Shown: positions 1-8,051 of the stretch, in pieces
Layout of the letters: every line of letters begins with the position of its first letter
Position numbering within the stretch: position 1 is the stretch's first letter
DNA from: Candidatus Geothermarchaeota archaeon
Lineage (GTDB): Archaea > Thermoproteota > Nitrososphaeria > Geothermarchaeales > JDFR-13
Length of the DNA stretch: 64,000 nucleotides
Assembly: GCA_015523545.1 (NCBI GenBank)
Contig: WAKB01000010.1
Span: 4,462-68,461 of the forward strand
Reading direction: 5' to 3'
Program-made: the position numbers and the translations under genes
The notes under the pieces: model-generated
The model's database searches: none
What the model saw: the letters and a program-made list of their open reading frames with translations, nothing else
What the model was told of the DNA's origin: nothing

Positions 1-280
1 CAACCTTCAGGTTTAGGGTGACATAGCCATCCCCCTCCCTCAGCCTCCTTACAGTCCCAATATCTGTCTTAAGGGGTATCAGGCCAAGCCTATGAGCTAG
101 TGAATCATCATTTAGGAAGCCGTCATTCTTGAAGATTATGACCTCCTCGACAGCTATCGTCGGAACCTCGGCCATCATCACTCTACGGAGAGAGTTGGTT
201 ATCTCCACTGGTACATTCTTGAATACAGCCTTGAACACCTCATCATTATACTTAACAAGCTGTATACTAGGCTTCTTCAT
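1..280 (-). CDS. rpoD: DNA-directed RNA polymerase subunit D (Rpo3), runs off the window edge
   Basis: Not in the ORF track. Manual translation from ATG at 280 gives [11 protein letters not shown]...[45 protein letters not shown], with the RpoD motifs NxLRR and LAHRLGLIP. Follows S13-S4-S11 with an ATGA overlap. Confidence 0.95.
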   Translation of the reverse strand, partial: MKKPSIQLVKYNDEVFKAVFKNVPVEITNSLRRVMMAEVPTIAVEEVIIFKNDGFLNDDSLAHRLGLIPLKTDIGTVRRLREGDGYVTLNLKV

Positions 281-693
281 AGCCTCCTTCCCCTGCGACC
301 ACCTGGTCTACGAGTTCTGTCATGTGGTATCGGTGTGACATCCTCCACTATACCTATCTTTAGTCCGCTCCTAGCAAGGGCCCTTATAGCAGCCTGTGCG
401 CCTGGGCCAGGGATCGGTGAGAAGTGTCCACCAACACCCCTCACCTTTATATGTACACCCACGATACCCTTTGACCTGGCAACCTCAGCAGCCTTCTTGG
501 CAGCCATCATAGCGGCGTAGGGCGAGCCCTCATACCTATCGGCCTTCACAAACATACCGCCTGATGCTATAGCTATGGTCTCTGCACCAGTAAGGTCAGT
601 TATGTGAACTATAGTGTTATTCATACTACTATATATGTGGGCGACTCCCCAGAGCTCAACCTTCTTCTGAGGCTTCTCCTTCGACAGCTCCAC
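277..693 (-). CDS. rps11: 30S ribosomal protein uS11
   Basis: [39 protein letters not shown]...GGRRGRRL. Confidence 0.98.
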   Translation of the reverse strand: MELSKEKPQKKVELWGVAHIYSSMNNTIVHITDLTGAETIAIASGGMFVKADRYEGSPYAAMMAAKKAAEVARSKGIVGVHIKVRGVGGHFSPIPGPGAQAAIRALARSGLKIGIVEDVTPIPHDRTRRPGGRRGRRL

Positions 694-1204
694 TCACCTC
701 CCTCCAATGGGGATGATCAGGGTTTGCATATGGACTCGTAGGCCGAATAGCAATCTTATCCTCCTCATCCCTATATATCAGCCTACCAGGCCTGTCCTCC
801 ACACGGTCTCCTACGACTATGTGGCCATGGACAACCATCTGCCTAGCCTGATAGATACTTTTGGCTAGGCCCTTCCTATAGACTAGGGTCTGGAGCCTCC
901 TCTCAAGCAGATCCCTAACCTCCAGCCTCAAAACATCATCTAGCGTGGCGTCCTCAGGCAGAATCCCCATCTTGTAGAGCCTACCCACAAGCTCCCTCTC
1001 CACACGCTTCTTCTCCTCCTCAGGGAGTCCATAGGCCTCCCTAGCAACAGTCCTGATCTTCCTCAGCATAGTGGCCATCCTTCGAAGCTCCCTCTTATTC
1101 TTGAGCCCATACTCGCCAATGAGCTTGAGCTCCTCCATCAGGAGTTCATAGTCCCACGGCTTAAACGGGCCTTCATACTTCTTCCTAAGCCTCCTCATAC
1201 CCAA
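656..1204 (-). CDS. rps4: 30S ribosomal protein uS4
   Basis: [40 protein letters not shown]; position in the operon. Confidence 0.97.
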   Translation of the reverse strand: MGMRRLRKKYEGPFKPWDYELLMEELKLIGEYGLKNKRELRRMATMLRKIRTVAREAYGLPEEEKKRVERELVGRLYKMGILPEDATLDDVLRLEVRDLLERRLQTLVYRKGLAKSIYQARQMVVHGHIVVGDRVEDRPGRLIYRDEEDKIAIRPTSPYANPDHPHWREVSGAVEGEASEEG

Positions 1205-1654
1205 CTACCTCCTCTTCTTAACAACCAGCTTCTTCCTCTTCCTACCAGTAGTCCTGGTCCTCTGACCCCTCACCTTCAGGCCAAGGGCATGCCTAAGCCC
1301 ACGCCACGAACCAATACTCTTCTCGAACTCGATATCCCTACTCACTACAAACTCTAGATCCGAGCCTATTAGGTGGAGATCCTCTCCACTATATCTGTCA
1401 AACCTCCTGTTGAGGAGGTATGGCGGGAAGTACTTATTAGCGTTCTTAATCATCTCCTCGATCTGTTTAAGCTCCTCATCGCTTAAGAAGCCTATCCTTC
1501 TATTCAGGGGGATACCCAGCTTGTGGAGGATCGCCCTAGCCAGTGTAGGGCCTACACCCTTTATCCTAGTGATACCCTCCACAGCTGGGAGGGACCCCTT
1601 GATATCCGTATCTAACATCCTTATCATAGCCCTAAACTCGGCTTCCTGGGACAT
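1205..1654 (-). CDS. rps13: 30S ribosomal protein uS13
   Basis: ITRIKGVG, SWRGLRHALGLKVRGQRTRTTGR. Confidence 0.97.
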   Translation of the reverse strand: MSQEAEFRAMIRMLDTDIKGSLPAVEGITRIKGVGPTLARAILHKLGIPLNRRIGFLSDEELKQIEEMIKNANKYFPPYLLNRRFDRYSGEDLHLIGSDLEFVVSRDIEFEKSIGSWRGLRHALGLKVRGQRTRTTGRKRKKLVVKKRR

Positions 1655-1716
1655 CTTCCCAAGCCTCGGGTTGATATTATGCCCCCTGCACTATATATAT
1701 CTTAATCCCTTTAAGC

Positions 1717-3537
1717 CTAGATCACAGTGACGCTCTTAGCCAGGTTACGCGGCTTATCAGGGTCTAGACCACGTAGCACCGCAGTGTAGTAGGCGATAAG
1801 CTGGAGAGGCACGACATAGGTTATAGGCGTGAAGAGAGGATCGACCCTAGGCACCTCAATCAATATATCGGCCACCTCAGACACCTCCTCGTCTCCCGAG
1901 GAGGATATGACTATCGTCTTGGCTCCACGTGTACGTACCTCGTGGATATTGCTAAGCATATACTTCTTCGTCTCATCATCTTGGACAAGGGCCACCACGG
2001 GTACACCCTTCTCTACAAGGCTGATAGGGCCATGCTTATTCTCACCGGCCGGATATGAAAGGCTGGGTATATAGCTTATCTCCATAAGCTTAAGCCTACC
2101 CTCATGGGCAGTGGCTGTGTTCACACCCCTACCAAGGAAGATCACGTATCTAGCGTCCTTAAGGAGCTTCGCAACCCTCTTCGTATCCTCCTCTACCTGG
2201 CCCAAGACCTCCCTCACAACCCCTGGGGTCCGATACAGCTCCTGCAAAAAGTGATCCAGCTCATCCTGGCCAAGCTTACCCCTATTCCTGGCTAGGGTAA
2301 GGGCTAATAGGTATAGGCTGGCAAGCTGCCCAGTATATGTCTTAGTAGCAGCCACACCTATCTCAGGCCCACTCTGCTGGTGGAGATACACCCTAGCTAT
2401 CCTCGTGAGTGTGGAGGCAAGCACATTGACGATAGCTAGGACAGTAGCCCCCCTAGCCTTGGCATACTCAACAGCCCAGAGCACATCCCTAGTCTCCCCA
2501 CTCTGGCTAATCGCTAGGACAGCGTCATCAACAGAGACGGACTCACCATAGTGGGACACGAATTCAGAGGCTATGACAGGGAAGCCGACTACCCTAGCCA
2601 GCTTAGAAAATACATAGCTACCAACCATACCCGCGTGGTAGGACGTCCCAGCAGCCACGAAGAATAGGCGTGAAGCCCTATCAATGAAGCTGGACATAAG
2701 GTCGAGATAGTTCCTCTGAAGCTCAAGGGCATACTTGATCGTGTATGGCTGCTCATGTATCTCCTTCAACATGTAGTGGGGATACCCCTCCTTCTTAGCC
2801 TCCTCAACACTCATACTCACCTTCTTAAACCGCCTCCTCACAGGACTGTCATCAGAAATCCTCCTTATAGAGACCGAGTCTGGAGTTATAACCGCATACT
2901 CACCCTCACCTAGTGGTAGGACTGAGTCGGTAAAGGCTACCAGGCTCGGTATATCACTTGAGCAGTACCCCCTCCCATTACCAATGCCGAGGACGAGTGG
3001 ACTCTCAGCCCTGGCACACATAATCTTGTCTGGCGAATTAGCCGAGATAGCAGCTATAGCATATGCCCCCCTGAGCCTCCTCACAGCCTTTATAAATGCA
3101 TCTTTGAATGGAAGGCCACTCCTCATATACTCCTCTATAAGGTGTGGAACAACCTCAGTATCAGTCCTAGACCTGAATACATGCCCACTCTTCATCAGCT
3201 CCTCCTTAAGCTCCAGATAGTTCTCTATGATCCCGTTGTGGACAACGGCGATAGTTTCTGTACAGTCTGTATGGGGATGGGCATTCACCTTGTCCGGAGC
3301 ACCATGGGTAGCCCACCTTGTATGTGCAATACCCACGCTCCCCTCGAGTGAGAGGAAGTTATATCTCCTATGTATCTCCTCTATCATCCCCTTATCCTTG
3401 ATTATTAGGAGCTCACCATCCCTCACAACAGCCATACCGGCAGAGTCGTAACCCCGATACTCTAGGAGCTTGAGGCCCCGGTAAAGCTCATCAACAATGT
3501 TTCCCTGGGATGCGATGATCCCTATTATTCCACACAC
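1717..3537 (-). CDS. glmS: Glutamine-fructose-6-phosphate aminotransferase (isomerizing)
   Basis: GTG start directly before the catalytic CGIIG; LEYRGYDSAG, HTRWATHG, SQSGET, C-terminal DKPRNLAKSVTV. Confidence 0.97.
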   Translation of the reverse strand: MCGIIGIIASQGNIVDELYRGLKLLEYRGYDSAGMAVVRDGELLIIKDKGMIEEIHRRYNFLSLEGSVGIAHTRWATHGAPDKVNAHPHTDCTETIAVVHNGIIENYLELKEELMKSGHVFRSRTDTEVVPHLIEEYMRSGLPFKDAFIKAVRRLRGAYAIAAISANSPDKIMCARAESPLVLGIGNGRGYCSSDIPSLVAFTDSVLPLGEGEYAVITPDSVSIRRISDDSPVRRRFKKVSMSVEEAKKEGYPHYMLKEIHEQPYTIKYALELQRNYLDLMSSFIDRASRLFFVAAGTSYHAGMVGSYVFSKLARVVGFPVIASEFVSHYGESVSVDDAVLAISQSGETRDVLWAVEYAKARGATVLAIVNVLASTLTRIARVYLHQQSGPEIGVAATKTYTGQLASLYLLALTLARNRGKLGQDELDHFLQELYRTPGVVREVLGQVEEDTKRVAKLLKDARYVIFLGRGVNTATAHEGRLKLMEISYIPSLSYPAGENKHGPISLVEKGVPVVALVQDDETKKYMLSNIHEVRTRGAKTIVISSSGDEEVSEVADILIEVPRVDPLFTPITYVVPLQLIAYYTAVLRGLDPDKPRNLAKSVTVI

Positions 3538-3583
3538 TACAGGCACCTACAGAATAATCATAGAGGGAGATCCTAAAATTAGG

Positions 3584-3811
3584 CTAGCACCTCGATAGGG
3601 CCTCATAGCTACGCCTATATAGAAAGCTGAAGACCCTGGCGTAGATATAGAGGTATAGGAGGTGTATCAGGGCCTTGAGAGCCTGGTCCAAGACCCTCTG
3701 GGGGAGGAGCTCCATCGTGGCGATACTCCAGAGAAGAGGAACGCTGGCCACGAATATCGCCGCCATAAGTATGAGTAGTCCTGACAGGTATAATACCTCC
3801 CGAGACACCAT
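3584..3811 (-). CDS. Small hypothetical membrane protein (two hydrophobic segments)
   Basis: 75-aa ORF filling the gap between aglH-like and glmS on the same strand; purine-rich GGGTGGGG before the ATG. Confidence 0.55.
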   Translation of the reverse strand: MVSREVLYLSGLLILMAAIFVASVPLLWSIATMELLPQRVLDQALKALIHLLYLYIYARVFSFLYRRSYEALSRC

Positions 3812-3819
3812 ACCCCACC

Positions 3820-4788
3820 CTACATCACAAGGTATATAGCTAGGCCCACCAACGAGGAGAATATAAACAGTAAGATTATCTCGTACAACACCCTGAGCTC
3901 CGACTTAGGCTTAGAGGCGACTAGATACTTGAGGAGAACCAGTGGAGCCCCCTCCTCACACATATCATGGATAAGCCCGTCATTACCCAGAGCTGCGACA
4001 CGGTATCCATGCCTACGCCTCTCGAGGAACCCCCTAAACCTTATCAGGTAGAACAGGCCATTGACCAGGAACGGATACATTGAGAATATAACCACAGTCT
4101 CGACATCCAGTAGCACCGCCGAGACACCTATCATGACGCCGAGCATCAAAGCCCCACTATTCCCAAGGAATATCCTGGCAGGATACATGTTTAGATATGC
4201 AAGTGGAACTATACAGGAGAGGAATACAAGAGGAATAATAGGTGTAGACCCAACTAGAACAGCGGCCAGCGAAGCTATATAGACTACTATGAAGCTACCG
4301 ATCAGGGCGGATCCATTGATAACATCCAACATGTTGACGGCATTAGCCGATATCGCGAAGCCACCAAGCATGAGTAGGGGGTATATAATGGGCAGGTTAT
4401 ATACATATCCGTCGAAAATCCTTAGCTGAGGCGTGTATAGACCTAGGAGGATTAAGGGGACGGCTGCCAGAGCAGTTGTGAGGGGCTTGAAATACCCTGG
4501 GAGAGAAGGCAGTATATCATCCACCAAGCCGGATAAGAAGCCGATGCTGAGAGAAAGTGACACTCCCAGTACAGTAGGCAGATCCAAGAATCCAAAGACA
4601 TGGGACAGTATTAGCGATAACAACACCGATAGGTATAGTGGGATACCTCCCCAGTCAACCACACTAGTCTCGACAGGCTTGAACACATCCCTAGCCAAGA
4701 ACCTATCCCGGGCGATAAGGAAGTATAGGAAGTGAACCAGGCTAGACATAGCCAAAGCAGCCACGACAAGCAGATAGACCATGCTCAT
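3820..4788 (-). CDS. Polyprenyl-phosphate GlcNAc-1-phosphate transferase (glycosyltransferase family 4, AglH/GPT/MraY-like)
   Basis: Many TM helices; GLVDD, NAVNMLDVING, YPARIFLGNSG motifs; next to glmS. Confidence 0.88.
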   Translation of the reverse strand: MSMVYLLVVAALAMSSLVHFLYFLIARDRFLARDVFKPVETSVVDWGGIPLYLSVLLSLILSHVFGFLDLPTVLGVSLSLSIGFLSGLVDDILPSLPGYFKPLTTALAAVPLILLGLYTPQLRIFDGYVYNLPIIYPLLMLGGFAISANAVNMLDVINGSALIGSFIVVYIASLAAVLVGSTPIIPLVFLSCIVPLAYLNMYPARIFLGNSGALMLGVMIGVSAVLLDVETVVIFSMYPFLVNGLFYLIRFRGFLERRRHGYRVAALGNDGLIHDMCEEGAPLVLLKYLVASKPKSELRVLYEIILLFIFSSLVGLAIYLVM

Positions 4789-4840
4789 TAGGAATAATCT
4801 TTCCTTAGAGGGTGGAATTAAAGGAGGGGGATCAGGGATC

Positions 4841-4953
4841 TGGCGCCGGGAGTGGGATTCGAACCCACGCGGGGCGGAGCCCCATCGGCTATCCCGAGCG
4901 TCTCAAGGCCTAGGCCGATGCGGCGACCCCTTGGTCCACTCGGGCATCCCGGC
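4841..4953 (-). tRNA. tRNA-Ser(TGA) with two introns (29/30: 4910-4923; 37/38: 4891-4901), CCA encoded
   Basis: Reverse complement folds to an 88-nt cloverleaf with a long variable arm and GGTTCGAATCC T-loop after removing 14-nt and 11-nt introns; both introns form BHB-like pairings. Confidence 0.92.
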
Positions 4954-4976
4954 ACCCATGGATACATATACATGAA

Positions 4977-5696
4977 TTGCTAAACATTAATATTCCTACT
5001 CCTATGATTACGATAACTGGTGAAATGAGGAGGCTTATTCATACCTTCAACGTGTTAGTACGTAGCCTCACTAGGCATCCACGCTTCTTTGCGTTAGCAC
5101 TAGCCACCCTCTTCACCATCAACTTCCTTACCCCCTTAGCAGTGCAGATCATCTTTACAGGCAATACTAGCATCATATATGGATTTGGAGACCCCCCAAA
5201 GGAGATAACATATCCGACGCCCAACATGGAGATACCTAGGGGCGTCCTGATATGGTATGGCCTAGAATTCAACGACTACTTCCTAAACAATAACCCCGGG
5301 TTCATAACCGGAAAGACATACTGGCTAGTCACCTTCAGCCCTCTTACAATGGCGCTTATACTAGCCGTCTCTATAGTGTCAGCCATGGTATTCACCATAA
5401 TATGGTTCTACAACAAAACTATGAGGGGTAAGTGTAGGGCCGAGGCCGGAACTTCGGGTCTTGCCACAACACTAAGTGTAGTTGGAGTCTCCACTGCCGC
5501 ATCAGCAGCAGTATCCTGTCCCTCATGTGGATTCACGGCTCTAATGACGGTGGCCGGAGTAATAGTATCCTCCTCTACAGGCACTCTCTTAGGAGTATCG
5601 GCGTTATATGTAAACCTGTTAAACAGCCTCCTTGTCCTAGGTATCATAATCAATATAGCTGTGATGATCTATGTAGCAGGAAAGGTGAGGATATAG
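4977..5696 (+). CDS. Hypothetical multi-pass membrane protein with a CPSC motif (true start may be a downstream ATG)
   Basis: About 4-5 hydrophobic segments; SAAVSCPSCG; converges on the SCO gene. Confidence 0.8.
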   Translation: MLNINIPTPMITITGEMRRLIHTFNVLVRSLTRHPRFFALALATLFTINFLTPLAVQIIFTGNTSIIYGFGDPPKEITYPTPNMEIPRGVLIWYGLEFNDYFLNNNPGFITGKTYWLVTFSPLTMALILAVSIVSAMVFTIIWFYNKTMRGKCRAEAGTSGLATTLSVVGVSTAASAAVSCPSCGFTALMTVAGVIVSSSTGTLLGVSALYVNLLNSLLVLGIIINIAVMIYVAGKVRI

Positions 5697-5712
5697 AAAA
5701 GTAATTTAGGAA

Positions 5713-7200
5713 TTATTCCACCTCCTCTTTAACAAGAATCATTACATCATTAACCACATCCGAGGCGCTCCACTGTGGCGGGGCTCCTATGAAGAAGATC
5801 CTAACCTTAAACTCCTTATCGATTATATAGACCATCCCCGTGTGAGCCACTAGATATGATGTAGCTGGATCATCCACATCAACGTATGCGACAGCTATTC
5901 CGTAGTTCGACCAAATCCTCGACAATGTTTTGTAAGAACCATAGAGAAATATTGTCTGTTCCGCATCGTAAATCTCACTCCACTCCTTAAGCCTCCTAGG
6001 CGAGTCCCTCTCCATCGTGACGTCCACAAACACCACATCAGTTTCAAGGGATGTTTCCCACTGTACAGTCCCGTTAATATCCAATCTATATACCTTACTA
6101 CCTTCAGAGATGGAGACGAAGTAATTGTCACCAGATATGGAGACACTGGAAGCGCTCATAGGTCTAACCCAAACCTCTTCACCATCGTCGTTTAGCAAGT
6201 AGACACCCTCTGTTGTAGCTAAGGCAACGTAATCCCCTGTCTGGGAAATATCATAGTCGATCACTGTATCCGGTGAAAATGGGAGCTCTATCAGTGAATT
6301 GGAAAGCACGTTGTATATGTAAAGTGAATCATTAGTCGCTAAGAGGGCTACGGATCCACTATATGCAATATCTCCCCACACCACAGTCTGGTTAAGGGCG
6401 CTGATGCTGGCGTCCACATCCCCTTTATATATTCTGTATAGGAAGCCCTCTCTTGTAACGGTATAAATGTATGTGCCATTCGTCGTAGCCCCTAGACCAA
6501 CTACATCACTATCTAGGATGACCGAAGAATACTTGTTATAGGAGTATTCTAGGCCCTCCGCAACCTCTATATATATATCGACTACATTTCCCGAGGCCAC
6601 AGCAATAAATAGACCTGCCCCTGATATGAACACGTCACTAATACCATCTGGATATAGGAACCTTGTAAGCAGAGAGCCGTCCCTATCGTATATATATACG
6701 GTGTCATCGCTCCATACCACAATCCTCCCAGCATCCTGGGACATCTCTACCCCCATTGGCGAATAGTCCAATTCCACACTCCACTCAGCAACACCACTAT
6801 AATTCAAGTAGAAGAGACTATCAGATGTTACAGCAGCAACATACCCACCCGGATAGTCTACAGGTACAAGAACAAGTATAGCATCACCAAGAACCCCCTC
6901 AGCCTCTAACAAGTCACCGACCTCTGCAAATCCAGAGGTTATAGCTGGACAAATGTCGGGACAGTGGGAATAGATGAAGGAAATCACTATAACCTTTCCA
7001 GCATAGTCACTGAGTTTAAACTTAGTGCCATTTATCATGGTTAAGGTGAAGTCGGCGGCTGGGGGCTGGTTTATGTACTGATTCCCGGTAAAACCACCCG
7101 TCAAAGGTGAGAACTGTGGGAAGAAAACCAAGACTATACCCACTACCGTCGACACTATCAAGGTGATCAGGAGTAGAACTACCAAAACAAACTTGTTCAT
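5713..7200 (-). CDS. Membrane-anchored SCO1/SenC copper chaperone with an internal beta-propeller insertion
   Basis: N-terminal TM; DFTLT...GKVIVISFIYSHCPDICP (CxxxC); ERDSPRRLKEW and VAHTGMVYIID (His ligand) in the C-terminal part; about 40-aa beta-repeats in between. Confidence 0.88.
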   Translation of the reverse strand: MNKFVLVVLLLITLIVSTVVGIVLVFFPQFSPLTGGFTGNQYINQPPAADFTLTMINGTKFKLSDYAGKVIVISFIYSHCPDICPAITSGFAEVGDLLEAEGVLGDAILVLVPVDYPGGYVAAVTSDSLFYLNYSGVAEWSVELDYSPMGVEMSQDAGRIVVWSDDTVYIYDRDGSLLTRFLYPDGISDVFISGAGLFIAVASGNVVDIYIEVAEGLEYSYNKYSSVILDSDVVGLGATTNGTYIYTVTREGFLYRIYKGDVDASISALNQTVVWGDIAYSGSVALLATNDSLYIYNVLSNSLIELPFSPDTVIDYDISQTGDYVALATTEGVYLLNDDGEEVWVRPMSASSVSISGDNYFVSISEGSKVYRLDINGTVQWETSLETDVVFVDVTMERDSPRRLKEWSEIYDAEQTIFLYGSYKTLSRIWSNYGIAVAYVDVDDPATSYLVAHTGMVYIIDKEFKVRIFFIGAPPQWSASDVVNDVMILVKEEVE

Positions 7201-7277
7201 ATATCTTCCCTCCCAGACCGAGTTTAGTATAGGAATAAAAAGATGTGGGGATATGCTTCAGTATTTACTGGTTAATA

Positions 7278-7775
7278 CTACTCTGTTACCGTTATATTCC
7301 CCCACATTCCTAGGGCAGCATGGCCCGGAACTACGCACTGATAGTTTAGGTTGCCTACCTGGTTAAACTGTACGACAACTCTTCCCTGACCACCTCCCTC
7401 TATCTGTCCCGTATCATAGTCGTCGATAATCTCTGGATTGGCAGGGTCAACTCTAAGGACCAATGTGAATGTATGTGGTAGATTCCCCACATTCACGAAG
7501 GTGAAGCCAACAACATCACCACGTTTAAACTCGAAGGTCGGTCCAGGTATGGTGAGGTTGTCTGGGGATAGTCCAAATGCGTATGCTACTTGTCCATTGA
7601 TATTTGTCTCTCCTCCGTAAACAGTTATTTCAAAATCGGGTGTAATCGTCACCGTAGCCCCTCCCCTCAAAGGTGGCTGGAGATCAAAGACCAGTACTGC
7701 AATTATTGCTAAGTCAACAATCAGGGCTATTGCCACCAGTGTGATGATTACCCCCCTCATATTTCCACCTGGCAA
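7278..7775 (-). CDS. Membrane-anchored blue (type 1) copper protein, sulfocyanin/rusticyanin-like cupredoxin
   Basis: N-terminal TM; NVGNLPHTF and YQCVVPGHAALGM (His...Cys-x4-His-x4-Met). Confidence 0.9.
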   Translation of the reverse strand: MPGGNMRGVIITLVAIALIVDLAIIAVLVFDLQPPLRGGATVTITPDFEITVYGGETNINGQVAYAFGLSPDNLTIPGPTFEFKRGDVVGFTFVNVGNLPHTFTLVLRVDPANPEIIDDYDTGQIEGGGQGRVVVQFNQVGNLNYQCVVPGHAALGMWGNITVTE

Positions 7776-8050
7776 ACCGCCGATCCTCCTGTCCAGACCA
7801 TGACGATGAAGAGTGCGAAGAAAAGCGCCATTAAGTAGAACCAGGATATTGCCACGTCATCCCACTTAAGGTGTTGGTAGAACAGCGCAACGAACCCCGC
7901 CTTCACTCCCGCCAGTAGGAGTACACCAGTGATAAGCAGTATTATTGGCATCTCCACCAGCACCATGAATATCTCAAGTATTGTTAGACCTACTAGGAGG
8001 CCCCACACCCCAACGTATAGGTTGATTGGTTCCTTCGCCATCTTCCTCAC
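7757..8050 (-). CDS. coxD: Heme-copper oxidase subunit IV (Cox4/CtaF-like)
   Basis: Three TM helices; KAGFVALFYQHLKWD motif; directly downstream of coxA/C. Confidence 0.85.
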   Translation of the reverse strand: MRKMAKEPINLYVGVWGLLVGLTILEIFMVLVEMPIILLITGVLLLAGVKAGFVALFYQHLKWDDVAISWFYLMALFFALFIVMVWTGGSAVCQVEI

Positions 8051-8051
8051 C

